From the NCBI GenBank assembly GCA_020634625.1, contig JACKBJ010000001.1, forward strand, positions 217,276 through 281,275: 64,000 bases of DNA, read 5' to 3'. Origin of the DNA: Caldilineae bacterium. Its GTDB lineage: Bacteria; Chloroflexota; Anaerolineae; Epilineales; Epilineaceae. A program made the translations under genes and the position numbers. Below the pieces are notes generated by a model. That model was not told the DNA's origin. It ran no database searches and saw only the letters and a program-made list of their open reading frames with translations. Each line of letters begins with the position of its first letter. The stretch's first letter is position 1. This document shows, piece by piece, positions 18,612-27,637 of the stretch.

Positions 18612-19041
18612 GGCGTGCTCCGCTGGCGTTCGGGCCGCCACGCCGGACGAGGGCGGGACGGCGCTGCAACCCGGTTGTCGATGTGCGTGCTGCCAGAGCG
18701 GTTGCATCCGACCCGTACGTCCTCTGAAGCGGCTGGCCGTCCTGGCCTGGCCAACACGCTGCAACCGTGAGTCGCCTCCGCGGCCCGCCCCTTGAATAGC
18801 CGAGGTCTTGCGAGCGGTCAAATGCGGGGCTCCCCGGCGCCGCGATGGATGGTGCCATGCGAACGCTCGCATCGCATCGCAAGTGGCTCGGGTCTGGCCG
18901 AGATCTCACCACCTCCAGGACACGAGGGCCGAAGGGGCTGCGGCCCGACACCCCGGGATCGGAACTTTCATCCACCCTGCGGTGTATGGATGGTCGAGAC
19001 CACCATTCAGCACGCGTCTGCATGACCAGGGAGCGACCGCG

Positions 19042-19458
19042 ATGCGATCCTACTGGCGGGCATTGAACCGTTTCGACGACTTCGAAGGTCGGTCGACGCT
19101 TGTCGAGTACTGGGCGTTCGTCTTCACGAGCAGCCTCGTCCTGGTTGCGATCATCGTCTTCGAGGCCCAGGCCACGGGAGGTTCGGGCCACGTGTTCAGC
19201 ATGATCTACCAACTCCTGATGGTGATTCCCGCGCTCGCCGTCAAGGTCCGTCGCCTTCACGACACCGGGCACTCCGGCTGGTGGGTCCCGATCGGCTACG
19301 TCCCCTTCATTGGCTTGCTACCGTTCTACTGGCTGATCCGGTCGGGCGACCGGGGCGTCAACGCCTACGGACCCGATCCCAAGCAGCCCGCGCCGCCTGT
19401 CCATTCGGTACCCGGCCATCGTCTCGATGCCTCAGGGCATCGTATCGCCGGCACCTGA
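19042..19458 (+). CDS. DUF805 (YhaH/YhaI-like) inner membrane protein
   Basis: ATG 19042 with AGGGAG 8 nt upstream. Hallmark RRLHDTGHSGWW and a GxNxYGPDP tail. 3' end overlaps the trmD 3' end by 27 nt (convergent). Confidence 0.75.
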   Translation: MRSYWRALNRFDDFEGRSTLVEYWAFVFTSSLVLVAIIVFEAQATGGSGHVFSMIYQLLMVIPALAVKVRRLHDTGHSGWWVPIGYVPFIGLLPFYWLIRSGDRGVNAYGPDPKQPAPPVHSVPGHRLDASGHRIAGT

Positions 19459-20220
19459 CGCTTCGGCCAACCAGGTGTCGAGCCAGGCACGCTGCTCCGC
19501 GTCGAGCCGGGCGGTTTCGAGCAGATCGGGTCGGCGCTCCAGGGTTCGTCGCAGGGCTTCTTGTCGGCGCCAGCGGTCCACCGCGCCATGGTTGCCCCCG
19601 GTGAGCAGCTCGGGCACGGTCCAGCCTCGGAAGTCGGCCGGCCGCGTAAAGTGCGGGTGCTCGAGCAGTCCCGTGGCAAACGAGTCCGTCTGGGTCGCGC
19701 CTTCCAGGCCGACCACGCCGGGACGCAGGCGCGCCACGGCGTCGGTGACCACCATGGCCGGAATCTCGCCACCGGTCATGACGAAGTCTCCGACCGACAC
19801 TTCGTGCGTGGCCAGGTGCTCGCGGATTCGCTCGTCGAAGCCCTCGTAGTGGCCGCAGAGGATCACCAGGCGCGACTCGGCCGCCAGAGAGCGGGCCATG
19901 GCGTCGTCGAATCGCCGGCCCTGCGGGGTCATCATCAGGACCGGGCAGGGGGCCCGACGGGGCTCGCTCGCGTGGGTCGGTGGAAGGTCGAGCAGCGCCT
20001 CGACCGCCTCGAAGACCGGCTCCGGCTTCATGACCATGCCGCCGCCGCCGCCATAGGCATAGTCGTCCGTCGTGCGATGCCGATCGTGGGCCCAGTCCCG
20101 CAAGTCGTGCACGCGGATGTCGACCAGCCCGGCGTCGCGCGCACGCCGGAGGATGCTGACGTCGAAGGGCCCGACGAACATCTCGGGCAGCACGGTCAGG
20201 ATGTCGATGCGCAGGGCCAC
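19432..20220 (-). CDS. trmD: tRNA (guanine37-N1)-methyltransferase
   Basis: IDILTVLPEMF, YAYGGGGGMVM, LCGHYEGFDERI and SVGDFVMTGGE motifs. Start set to GTG 20220, which gives the canonical N-terminus. Alternative ATG 20286 adds 22 non-conserved residues and would overlap the divergent M23 start. Confidence 0.9.
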   Translation of the reverse strand: MALRIDILTVLPEMFVGPFDVSILRRARDAGLVDIRVHDLRDWAHDRHRTTDDYAYGGGGGMVMKPEPVFEAVEALLDLPPTHASEPRRAPCPVLMMTPQGRRFDDAMARSLAAESRLVILCGHYEGFDERIREHLATHEVSVGDFVMTGGEIPAMVVTDAVARLRPGVVGLEGATQTDSFATGLLEHPHFTRPADFRGWTVPELLTGGNHGAVDRWRRQEALRRTLERRPDLLETARLDAEQRAWLDTWLAEASGAGDTMP

Positions 20221-20248
20221 GCCCTTGCCGCCGCTGGCCTGCGCTGGC

Positions 20249-20276
20249 TTGGCGCTGCTCGCCGGCGCCGTATACT
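20249..20276 (+). promoter_or_regulatory. Putative sigma70-like promoter (TTGGCG-16 nt-TATACT), 8 nt upstream of the M23 peptidase ATG (leaderless-like)
   Basis: Hexamers read directly from the sequence. There is no Shine-Dalgarno between the -10 element and ATG 20285. Confidence 0.3.
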
Positions 20277-20284
20277 CATCGCCC

Positions 20285-21643
20285 ATGCCCTTCTCCCTGT
20301 ATCGACACCGCGAGCAGGCTCGCCTGCGTCGGCGGATCGGATTGTCCCTGGTTCTGGTGGCGCTGCTCGCCGTCGCGGTCCTGCTGTTGCAGGATCCCGG
20401 CCGCCTGCCGCGCTTGCTCGATCCGCTCGGAATTCGACTGCGCGTTGCCGGAACGCCGACGGCCATGGCGCAGTCCCGACCGACAGACCCGGGGACCAGC
20501 GCTCCGAGCAAGGCTCCGTCGAGCCTACGAACCCCCGCCGCCCGGCCGGGAACCAGCCCCTCGGCATCGTCCGCCGCCGGCCGATCCGCGCCTCAGCGAC
20601 CCGGGTCCGCGCAGCGCCGGTCCCACGCGGCCTCCGCCGAGGTCACGCCGGCGCCGCTGCGGACCTCCCGCTCGGCCAGGCCGGCGACCGCGACCCGATC
20701 CACCGACGCCACGCTCGCGACGGAGACCCAACCCGCGCGCGATTCGCGTTCCGCACAGGACACCGAGTCGGAAGCCCTGCCACCGATCCGGGACCCGGAG
20801 GCGACCCGTCTCCCCGCAGCGGCCAGGCCGGACCAGCTGGCCCGCGCCGCGGGTCGGCCCTTCGCGTTGGATCCACCGCTCCTGACCTTCGGCCGTGCGG
20901 CCGCCGACGGCCTCGAACAGCGCGGCTCGGCGTTCTACCCCTATGGTACCACCGCCGCCGGCCAGTATCTGCTCCACCACGGCATCGACATCTCCAACCC
21001 GCTGGGAACACCGATCCTGGCGGTCGCGGGCGGCGAGGTCATCTACGCCGGCGAGGATGTGGCCATGCAGGCCTACGGTCCAGCCGACGAGCCCTATCCG
21101 AAGGGCTTCTATGGCCGTCTGGTGCTCCTGCGCCACGACCCGACCCTGGACGACGCGGCCATCTACAGCCTCTACGGTCACCTGTCCCAGACCGCCGTCG
21201 TCCAACGCCAGCGGGTCGCGGCCGGCCAGCCGATCGGTTATGTCGGCTCCGCCGGCATCGCCCTTGGTCCCCATCTGCACCTCGAGTTCCGCGTTTCGGG
21301 CAACGACTACCTGGCGACCGTCAACCCGGACCTGATGCTCCGCCCCTTGGCGGGCCTCGGCGTGATCGTCGGTCGCGTGGCCGACCCGGCCGGCCGCCCC
21401 CTGCACGGGATCGACGTGGGGCTGTACGCGCTCGACGCGGCGGGGGGCGAACGCTGGCTGCGGCAGACCACGACCTATCCGGCCGAGCGCATCAACCCGA
21501 TACCCGGCCTGGGCGAGAACTTCGTCTTTGGCGATGTCGAGCCCGGCCGCTACGTGGTGGCCGCCACGCCGGGCGGCGGCCGACTGGATGCCGAAGTGCG
21601 GGTCGAAGCCGGCCGGGCCAGCGGCATCCTGCTGAAGCGCTGA
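20285..21643 (+). CDS. M23 family metallopeptidase with N-terminal anchor and a long S/P/T/R-rich region
   Basis: HHGIDIS, LYGHLS and GPHLHLEFR motifs. TM segment IGLSLVLVALLAVAVLLL. C-terminal carboxypeptidase-regulatory-like beta domain. Confidence 0.85.
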   Translation: MPFSLYRHREQARLRRRIGLSLVLVALLAVAVLLLQDPGRLPRLLDPLGIRLRVAGTPTAMAQSRPTDPGTSAPSKAPSSLRTPAARPGTSPSASSAAGRSAPQRPGSAQRRSHAASAEVTPAPLRTSRSARPATATRSTDATLATETQPARDSRSAQDTESEALPPIRDPEATRLPAAARPDQLARAAGRPFALDPPLLTFGRAAADGLEQRGSAFYPYGTTAAGQYLLHHGIDISNPLGTPILAVAGGEVIYAGEDVAMQAYGPADEPYPKGFYGRLVLLRHDPTLDDAAIYSLYGHLSQTAVVQRQRVAAGQPIGYVGSAGIALGPHLHLEFRVSGNDYLATVNPDLMLRPLAGLGVIVGRVADPAGRPLHGIDVGLYALDAAGGERWLRQTTTYPAERINPIPGLGENFVFGDVEPGRYVVAATPGGGRLDAEVRVEAGRASGILLKR

Positions 21644-21653
21644 GGCGCCGGAA

Positions 21654-22988
21654 TCAGGCTTCGCCGGCGATCCGGCTCCAGCGCGCGCGCACCTCGGCTC
21701 GAATGGCCGCCTCGTCCTCGACCCGCCCATCTTCCATCAGCACCTGGCCGTCGCAGATCGTGCTGCGAACGGCACGCCCCTGGGCGCTGTAGACGAGGTC
21801 GGCCGGCAGGCCGTGCCCGGGAAACATCATCGGATGCTCGAGGTCGACCAGAATCAGGTCGGCCAGGCGGCCGGGCTCGATCCGGCCGCAGTCCAGTCCG
21901 AAGGCATCCGCGGCCTGGCGTGTTGCCAGGTCGAGGGCTTCGGCGGCCGGCAGCCGGGTGGGATCCCCGCAGGCATGTTTGGCCAGCAGGGCCGCGAACT
22001 TCAGCTCCTCGAGCAGATCGAGGTTGTTGTTCGAGGCACAGCCGTCGGTGCCGATGGTCACGCGCAGGCCGAGCTCACGCATCGCGGCATACCGCATCGG
22101 ACCGCCCGAGGCCAGCTTGAGGTTGGAGATCGGATTGTGGATCGCCGTCACCCCGCGCTCGGCCAGCAGCTGCAGCTCGGCGTCGTCCAAGTGAACGCAA
22201 TGGGCGGCCAGCGTTCGCGGACCGAGCAGGCCCAGCCGATCGAGCCAGGCCGGCGGCCGCATGCCATGCGCGTCGACGCAGGCGGCGACCTCGCCGACGG
22301 TCTCGGACACGTGAATGTGAATCGGCAGGTCCCGGGACTGCGCCAGATCGGCAACCCAGGCGAGCGACGCGGCGCCGACGGTGTAGACCGCGTGGGGCCC
22401 CAGGGCGAAGCCGACACGTGAGCCGTAGGTCGACACGGACTCGAGCTGCTCGAGCACGGCCTCGTGCTGACGCTCGGTGCCCGCCGGATCTCCCGCGTCG
22501 ATCAGCACGCCGGCCACCTGGGCCCGCATGCCGCTGTCTCGCGCCGCGCGCGCCGTGCCGTGAAAGTGCCAGTACATGTCGTTGAAGAAGGTCGTGCCGC
22601 TGCGGATCATCTCGAGGCAGGCGAGCCGGGTTCCCCAATACACGTCCGCCTCGGTGAGCCGCGCCTCCAGTGGCCAGATCTTCTCCGTCAGCCAGGGCAT
22701 CAGCGGCATGTCGTCGGCGTAGCTCCGCAGGATCGCCATCGCCGAATGCGTATGCGCGTTCATCAAGCCCGGCAGGACCGCGCAGCGTCGGCCTTCGACC
22801 CGTCGGGCACCGGGCGGAGTCGGGCGATCGGGTCGATGGGGCTCGATGGCCGCGATCCGGTTGCCGGCGACGAACAGGTCCACCGGCCGACCCTCGAGCT
22901 CGGCGCCGGCGATCCACAGGCTGGTCGCCGGCGCGCCGGCACCGCCGGCGGCCGGCGCGTCGGCCAGGCCCTGCGAGTGCTCGGACAC
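21654..22988 (-). CDS. mtaD: Amidohydrolase, 5-methylthioadenosine/S-adenosylhomocysteine deaminase-like
   Basis: GTG 22988, 4 nt after the proS stop. LPGLMNAHTHSAM, PLMPWLTEKIWPLE and HVSET metal-site motifs. Confidence 0.8.
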   Translation of the reverse strand: MSEHSQGLADAPAAGGAGAPATSLWIAGAELEGRPVDLFVAGNRIAAIEPHRPDRPTPPGARRVEGRRCAVLPGLMNAHTHSAMAILRSYADDMPLMPWLTEKIWPLEARLTEADVYWGTRLACLEMIRSGTTFFNDMYWHFHGTARAARDSGMRAQVAGVLIDAGDPAGTERQHEAVLEQLESVSTYGSRVGFALGPHAVYTVGAASLAWVADLAQSRDLPIHIHVSETVGEVAACVDAHGMRPPAWLDRLGLLGPRTLAAHCVHLDDAELQLLAERGVTAIHNPISNLKLASGGPMRYAAMRELGLRVTIGTDGCASNNNLDLLEELKFAALLAKHACGDPTRLPAAEALDLATRQAADAFGLDCGRIEPGRLADLILVDLEHPMMFPGHGLPADLVYSAQGRAVRSTICDGQVLMEDGRVEDEAAIRAEVRARWSRIAGEA

Positions 22989-22992
22989 CGCC

Positions 22993-24777
22993 CTAACCGA
23001 GCGGTATGGTGCGCAGGCGGGCGCGAACGCGGTCCCACTCGGCATCCAGCAGCGCGCGCAGGCCATCGGACAAGCCCTCCAAGGGCAGCTCGCCGACGGC
23101 GCCGCTCGCGCGCAGCTTGTACTCGACGATGCCTTGATCCAGCCCGCGCTTGCCGATGGTCAGCCGCACCGGAAGGCCGAGCAGGTCGGCGTCGTTGAAC
23201 TTGACCCCGGCCCGCTCGTCGCGATCGTCGTACAGCAGCTCGAAACCCTCGGCCAGCAGGCGCTCGTAGATGGCGTCGGCCGCCTCGGCCAGCTCGGGCG
23301 TGCGGGCGTTGGCCAGGCTGATCAGAGCCACCTCGTAGGGCGCGACCGAGATCGGCCAGATGATGCCGGCCTCGTCGTGCTGCTGTTCGATCAGGCTGGC
23401 GATGAGTCGGCCGGTGCCGATGCCGTAGCAGCCCATGACGGCCGGCACCGACTCGCCGGCCTCGTCGTGGAAGGTGGCGCCCATGGCCGTCGAATACTTG
23501 GTGCCGAGCTTGAAGATGTTGCCGACCTCCACCCCGCGACTGGCGTGGAGCGGCGACCTGCAGGTCGGGCAGGCATGCCCTTCGGCAGCGGCCACCAGAT
23601 CGGCCACCTGATCGGCCTGCCAATCACGCCCGTGGTTGGTGTTGCGCAGGTGGTAGCCGGCCTTGTTGGCTCCGGCCACCAGGTTGGCACTGCCGGCAAC
23701 CAGGTCGTCGGCCACCACCAGCACGCCCTCGCGTCGGATGCCGATGGGCGAGGCGTAGCCGGGCACGGCGCCGATCGCCGTGATCTCCTCGTCCTGGGCC
23801 GGCCGAAGCGAAAGGGCCTTGACGGCATTGGCCAGCTTGGTCTCGTTGAGCTCCATGTCGCCGCGGAGCACGGCGAAGATCAACCGCTGCGCGTGCGGGG
23901 CGTCATCACGCTCCCCCTCGAACTCGCCGACCAGGAAGACCGCCTTGGCCGTCGCCGATGCGTCGATGTCAAGCAGCGCGGCCAGGCTGGCGATGGTGGT
24001 GGTGTCGGGCGTCGCCACCTCCTCGATCGGCAGGGCCGGGCCCGCGCTGGGCGCGGGCTTGGCGATCTGGGCGATCTGACGGTTGGCGCGGTAGCCGCAG
24101 GCATCGCAGAGCAGCAGGGTGTCCTCGCCCACCGGCGTGAGCGCCATGTACTCGTGCGCCATCGTGCCGCCCATCATGCCGGTGTCGCTCTCGACCGCGA
24201 TGGCGTCGAGCCCGCAGCGGTCGAAGATGTTGAAGTAGGCCTGATAGACCGACGGGTAGTAGGCGTCCAGGTCGGCGACGTCGGCGTGGAAGGAGTATCC
24301 GTCCTTCATCGTGAACTCGCGTACTCGGATCATGCCGCCCCGCGGACGCGGCTCGTCACGGAACTTGGTCTGGATCTGATACAGCATGCAGGGCAGCTGC
24401 TTGTAGCTGGCGATCACGTCGGCCGCCAGGTCGGTGACCACTTCCTCGTGGGTCATGCCGAGGCACATGTCGCGGCCGCCGGCGTCCTTGAGCCGCGCCA
24501 TGTCGCTGCCGATGGCATACCAGCGCCCGCTGCGCTGCCAGAGCTCGGCCGGCTGCACCACCGGCATCGACAGCTCCTGGCCGCCGATGGCGTCCATCTC
24601 CTGGCGCATGATCGCTTCGACCTTGCGCTTGACCCGGTGCCCCAGCGGCAGGTAGTCGAAGATGCCGGCCGCGACCTGGTGCACCAGGCTGGCCCGGAGC
24701 ATCAGCTGATGGCTGGCGATCTCGGCGTCGGCCGGCGTCTCGCGCAGCGTCTTCATGAACAGCCTGGACATTCGCAT
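22993..24777 (-). CDS. proS: Prolyl-tRNA synthetase (bacterial type with editing domain)
   Basis: 594 aa. N-terminus MRMSRLFMKTLRE, class II motifs (FRDE.RPR, GCYGIG) and an INS editing insertion. Confidence 0.95.
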   Translation of the reverse strand: MRMSRLFMKTLRETPADAEIASHQLMLRASLVHQVAAGIFDYLPLGHRVKRKVEAIMRQEMDAIGGQELSMPVVQPAELWQRSGRWYAIGSDMARLKDAGGRDMCLGMTHEEVVTDLAADVIASYKQLPCMLYQIQTKFRDEPRPRGGMIRVREFTMKDGYSFHADVADLDAYYPSVYQAYFNIFDRCGLDAIAVESDTGMMGGTMAHEYMALTPVGEDTLLLCDACGYRANRQIAQIAKPAPSAGPALPIEEVATPDTTTIASLAALLDIDASATAKAVFLVGEFEGERDDAPHAQRLIFAVLRGDMELNETKLANAVKALSLRPAQDEEITAIGAVPGYASPIGIRREGVLVVADDLVAGSANLVAGANKAGYHLRNTNHGRDWQADQVADLVAAAEGHACPTCRSPLHASRGVEVGNIFKLGTKYSTAMGATFHDEAGESVPAVMGCYGIGTGRLIASLIEQQHDEAGIIWPISVAPYEVALISLANARTPELAEAADAIYERLLAEGFELLYDDRDERAGVKFNDADLLGLPVRLTIGKRGLDQGIVEYKLRASGAVGELPLEGLSDGLRALLDAEWDRVRARLRTIPLG

Positions 24778-25038
24778 GGGCTTCCCCCGGCGCCTGGACC
24801 GCCCGATCTCGAGCCCGGCCTGGATCGCAGCGGCACGAAGCTGCTACTCTACCAGAGCGGTCCAGGCAGCGCCAAACATCCGAGCGCCATGGCCGGCGCC
24901 CGGATCGGCCGCAACGCCAGGCGACCGATCAACGTCAGACCTTGCGTGCACCGGCCCGGCGAGGGCCGCTCGATCATGCCAGTCCGCGCCATGCGCCACG
25001 TCGCCGCGATGGATCGGTCAGCCCAGAGGGACAACGTC

Positions 25039-27594
25039 ATGCCGAAGCTCGTCACGGTTTGGAAGACCCGCGCTCGCCGTTGGATCCCGCTCCTGGTGCT
25101 GGCCGGTCTGTCCCGCTCGGCGGTGCAGGTCGCGGCCTTGCCGCTCGCGGCACCACCGGCCGAGCCGGTCTGGCCTTCGCCGGTGCTGGTGGCCGAGATC
25201 CGCGACCTGCTGACGCAATACTACGATCAAGAGGCCCTGGCCGGTGGCCCGATCAGCGCGCTGGCGCCGCGAACCGAGGCCGAGAAGGCCAGCTCGGCCA
25301 AGGATCCGGATACGCTCTGGGAGCAGGCGGTGAGCGGGGCGGCCTGTCACGCTGCGACCAGCCGCGCCGGCTTCGAGAGCTGCGCCGGCAAGCGCCTGGC
25401 GGCCACCTTCGGCCGTGGCGACTACGCGGGCGGGCTGACGCTCTTCGATGCCAGCCGCGGCTACTACGCCAACGACGCCTATGCCCGGATGGCCAACTTC
25501 TATGCCCTGTACCATGCCTTCGTCCACGACTACGATGCCGCGCGGCCGGCGGGCTCGGGCTTCGACGCCAGCAACGCCCGCGACAGCCAGGACTATCACC
25601 GTGCCATGGTGCGCGCCTACGAGGCGCAGGCCCGCGAGGTCTACCTGCGCATCTTCCGGGATGCGCGCGGGGATGGCGGCTTCCAGACCAGCTTGACGCG
25701 CGCCGCTGGCCTGTTCGAGACCGGCTACCTGCCGGTGGTCGAGTTCCTCGAGAGCCACGACGCCTGGGGCAGCCCGCGTGACCGACGCAACGCCTTCGCC
25801 ATCGTCAACGCCTTGAACCAGCGCATCTTCTGGGAGTGGGTGTGGACTCAGACCAACGGTCCAGCCACGGCCGGCTTCGTCAACCTGGGCAGCCAGGCCA
25901 CCTATGATCTGGGTCGTCCCGGATCGGGCGTCCTCGACGGCACCGACCGCTTCCGCTACGAGTTTGAGGACGGCGCCGAGGACATCTCCAGCCTCCGAAC
26001 CGCCGCCCAGGACGACCCGCTGCAGGGCGGAACGAACGGCTTCTGGTTCGATGCCGACTACCCCATCCCCGGCGAATGGTGGTGCTACGGCACCTACGGC
26101 CTCGTCGCCAGCGACGCGTTGAACAAGTGTCTCGGCCAGGCGGCCAAGGCCGGCAAGGCCGGCGGACAGTCGGCGCCGGGGCCCTTCAGCCCCTACACCC
26201 AGTACTACGGGGATCCGGGCGTCGGCAATCCCTGCGACGGCCGCGCCTATGCCGACTCGGGCATCTCCTGCGGCGACACCAGCCTGGGCTCCATCGGCGA
26301 GGAGTGGCTGTGGAACTTCGCTGGGTTGCGGGCCGGACTGTATCTGATCCAGAGCCTCTCGGTTCGGGGCGATCCGGATCTGCCGGCGCGTGCGCTGGGG
26401 ACGGTCGCGCAGAAGTTCACCCTGGGCCAGAGCCCCAACCAGACGGCCTACTCGCACGTCACCGAGCGCATGGGCTACGGGGTCGCCGGCTTCCACGGCG
26501 GCAGCGGCTTCAACGACGACCTCGAATGGCTGTGGAGCGGCGACGGCGCCGTCCGGGCGGTCCGCACCTTCTCGGCGGCGACGCACGACGGCGAGCCGCA
26601 GAACGGTCGCTACAGCGTCGGCGAGAACGACGTGCCGGCCGGCGCGAACCCGGCCGACAAGCTCGGCAGCACCTGGGGCAAGCCGGGCCTGGGCTACCAG
26701 GAGTATCCCGGCGGGATGGAGAACCACAGCGCCGGACCGAGCTCGCTCTATGGCACGACGGTGCTCGGCCTGGTCCTGGCCGACAAGCTCGGCGATCGCT
26801 CCGGCTCGCAGTCGGGACTGGCCGGCTCGCTCTTCGACGCCAGCCACCGCAACAACGTCGAGGAGTTCCGCAGCTGGCTCTGGCTGGCCGCCGGCAGCTA
26901 CCATCGCTGCCCGCCGAGCCTGCCCGGCGAGGACCCGGCGGCGGATGCCTGCATCGCCGCGGCCAGCGCGCGCCGGGTGTCGCTCTATGCGCCGCCCAAC
27001 CCGGCCTCGCCCAGCCTGCGCTTCGACTACCTGTGGCGCGACAAGGGGCCGGCCGCCCAGACCTTGATCGAGGCCAGCGCCATCGCCAGCTCGGAGACCA
27101 GCTGCACCGGCCGGCCGGGCGTGCCCTGGCGCTTCGTACGCAACCGGGACGCGGGCAGCGATGGGGCGCCGCTGCCGCCTCGGCTGCACGACGAGGGCGG
27201 CTTCGGCGCCTACAACGAGCTGTTCCAGGGCTACGGCGGCCTGATGCGCCTGATCGCCGAGCGCTGGCCGCTGCAGGCCGCCGACCCGGCCTTCGCCCAG
27301 GAACGCGCGCAGCTCCTCAAGCCCTGGTACGACACGGCGCACCAGACGGTCGAGGGCGTCGTCGGGCTCTACGGCAACCAGCTGGGCTATGTGCCCGACA
27401 TCGAGAACTCGTCCTGCATGGGCACCAATCCAGACCCGGGCGATCCATCGCCGGCCATGATCAGTTGGCAGCAGGGCACCGGCGCATCGGTCGAATCCAC
27501 CGTCATCCGCCGAGCGATGTGGTACTCGGTGGCCACGCAGTGGCATTGGTGGTACGCGGCCGACTGGCTCGATCTGGCGCCGGCGGACTGGTAA
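25039..27594 (+). CDS. Hypothetical secreted protein (851 aa), no family recognised
   Basis: ATG 25039 followed by signal-like KTRARRWIPLLVLAGLSRSAVQVAALPLAAP. Balanced W/Y/F/N-rich composition, unlike the antisense ORF 25018..27912. Only the 3' third of track ORF 22846..27594 is believed. Confidence 0.65.
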   Translation: MPKLVTVWKTRARRWIPLLVLAGLSRSAVQVAALPLAAPPAEPVWPSPVLVAEIRDLLTQYYDQEALAGGPISALAPRTEAEKASSAKDPDTLWEQAVSGAACHAATSRAGFESCAGKRLAATFGRGDYAGGLTLFDASRGYYANDAYARMANFYALYHAFVHDYDAARPAGSGFDASNARDSQDYHRAMVRAYEAQAREVYLRIFRDARGDGGFQTSLTRAAGLFETGYLPVVEFLESHDAWGSPRDRRNAFAIVNALNQRIFWEWVWTQTNGPATAGFVNLGSQATYDLGRPGSGVLDGTDRFRYEFEDGAEDISSLRTAAQDDPLQGGTNGFWFDADYPIPGEWWCYGTYGLVASDALNKCLGQAAKAGKAGGQSAPGPFSPYTQYYGDPGVGNPCDGRAYADSGISCGDTSLGSIGEEWLWNFAGLRAGLYLIQSLSVRGDPDLPARALGTVAQKFTLGQSPNQTAYSHVTERMGYGVAGFHGGSGFNDDLEWLWSGDGAVRAVRTFSAATHDGEPQNGRYSVGENDVPAGANPADKLGSTWGKPGLGYQEYPGGMENHSAGPSSLYGTTVLGLVLADKLGDRSGSQSGLAGSLFDASHRNNVEEFRSWLWLAAGSYHRCPPSLPGEDPAADACIAAASARRVSLYAPPNPASPSLRFDYLWRDKGPAAQTLIEASAIASSETSCTGRPGVPWRFVRNRDAGSDGAPLPPRLHDEGGFGAYNELFQGYGGLMRLIAERWPLQAADPAFAQERAQLLKPWYDTAHQTVEGVVGLYGNQLGYVPDIENSSCMGTNPDPGDPSPAMISWQQGTGASVESTVIRRAMWYSVATQWHWWYAADWLDLAPADW

Positions 27595-27637
27595 CCGATC
27601 TGACGCGCGCTTCGATCGACGCGGCAGCCGGGCGAGC

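Noticed and set aside
19432-20286. trmD starting at ATG 20286
   Set aside because: That start would overlap the divergent M23 start codon. It would also place the M23 promoter-like elements inside trmD, and it adds 22 residues not expected in TrmD. GTG 20220 was preferred, and the alternative is noted.
22846-25038. First 2.2 kb of the 1582-aa track ORF 22846..27594
   Set aside because: This part is antisense to the unambiguous proS and mtaD-like genes and has a shadow-ORF composition. Only the segment from ATG 25039, where the signal peptide begins, is credible.
24778-25038. Possible T-box leader upstream of proS
   Set aside because: An 11-bp inverted repeat (GCCTGGACCGC...GCGGTCCAGGC) is present. 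However, I could not find the conserved T-box sequence, a specifier-loop arrangement or a terminator/antiterminator pair.
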